NCBI GenBank assembly: GCA_030390025.1 | Contig: CM059432.1 | Coordinates: 100,132,001-100,196,000 of the forward strand | Length of the DNA stretch: 64,000 nucleotides | Origin: Squalus acanthias | Lineage: Eukaryota | Reading direction: 5' to 3' | In this document: positions 63,406 to 64,000 of the stretch, piece by piece | Layout of the letters: every line of letters begins with the position of its first letter | Numbering within the stretch: the first letter of the stretch is position 1 | Made by a program: the position numbers and the translations under genes | The notes under the pieces: model-generated | What the model was told of the DNA's origin: nothing | Database searches by the model: none | Seen by the model: the letters and a program-made list of their open reading frames with translations, nothing else

Positions 63406-64000
63406 TGTAAGGGGTTTTGTGTCGTGCTTGTATCGCAGGCGGTGCTGTTACGGGGTTAGGCCTTCGCTGCCTAATATTATTGCTTGCTCTGGTCTCCGGC
63501 CAGCCTTGTTGCAATAAGCACCTGTGAGTGGTTCGACCCACTCGTCCTTACGGTTCTAACACTGGACTTAGGTGCGAGAGCAGTAATGCAGAGAAAACTC
63601 AAATAGACCCGGTTGAATAGTACGAAATGGAAATCTTTATTGCATAGCGTCCAAGATCATGAAGTACATGTCATAGGCGCAAATTAACGAGAGTACAAGT
63701 ATACATACATTCATAAAGCTTGGTCTATGGTAATGAAGAACGCACGGCACATCGTAAAAAGGGGAACACATAATACTTTATCCTTAATAAAACCACCCTC
63801 CCTTATCAATACCTACACTACATCTAGATTTGTAGGATCGGGAAACATGCTCACCACTCGTGATACTTCGGAGAATTTTAAAGTGAGGCGCTCGGCTCGT
63901 TTCGCTGCAGCGCCTGACTGTCACATGTTTTGAGGGGTCTCTGTACCCCACTTGTTTATTTTCGCTGCTGCGACAAGCAGGCTGGGCTCCCCGTTGTCAT
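63406..64000 (-). mobile_element. Possible LTR, running off the window
   Basis: Abrupt TGT start interrupting a CR1 tail, CpG-rich, minus-strand AATAAA at ~63636. No coding evidence. Confidence 0.4.

Overview
Eukaryotic genomic DNA almost entirely made of nested, mostly decayed transposable elements. The repeat set (CR1 LINEs with (TTCTTATG)n-type tails, an L2 tail, a tRNA-derived SINE with a partner LINE, very abundant PIF/Harbinger elements, a Neptune-type Penelope element) suggests a cartilaginous fish (shark); that is an inference. No host protein-coding exon could be supported. The window holds about eleven complete or partial PIF/Harbinger elements, mostly from two families. Each carries a DDE transposase gene converging on a spliced Myb/SANT + coiled-coil gene; the best copy is 7117-11273. 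A near-complete Penelope-like element (32769-36469) has direct terminal repeats that each contain a minimal hammerhead ribozyme core. Several Harbinger-type MITE families are present. The most unusual object is a 0.6-0.75 kb MITE family with three copies (3993-4735, 28001-28742, 38621-39229). It combines housekeeping-promoter motifs, four position-conserved AG|GT 5' splice sites, and internal palindromes and interleaved stems with compensatory changes between copies. All boundaries were read by eye and may be off by a few bases.
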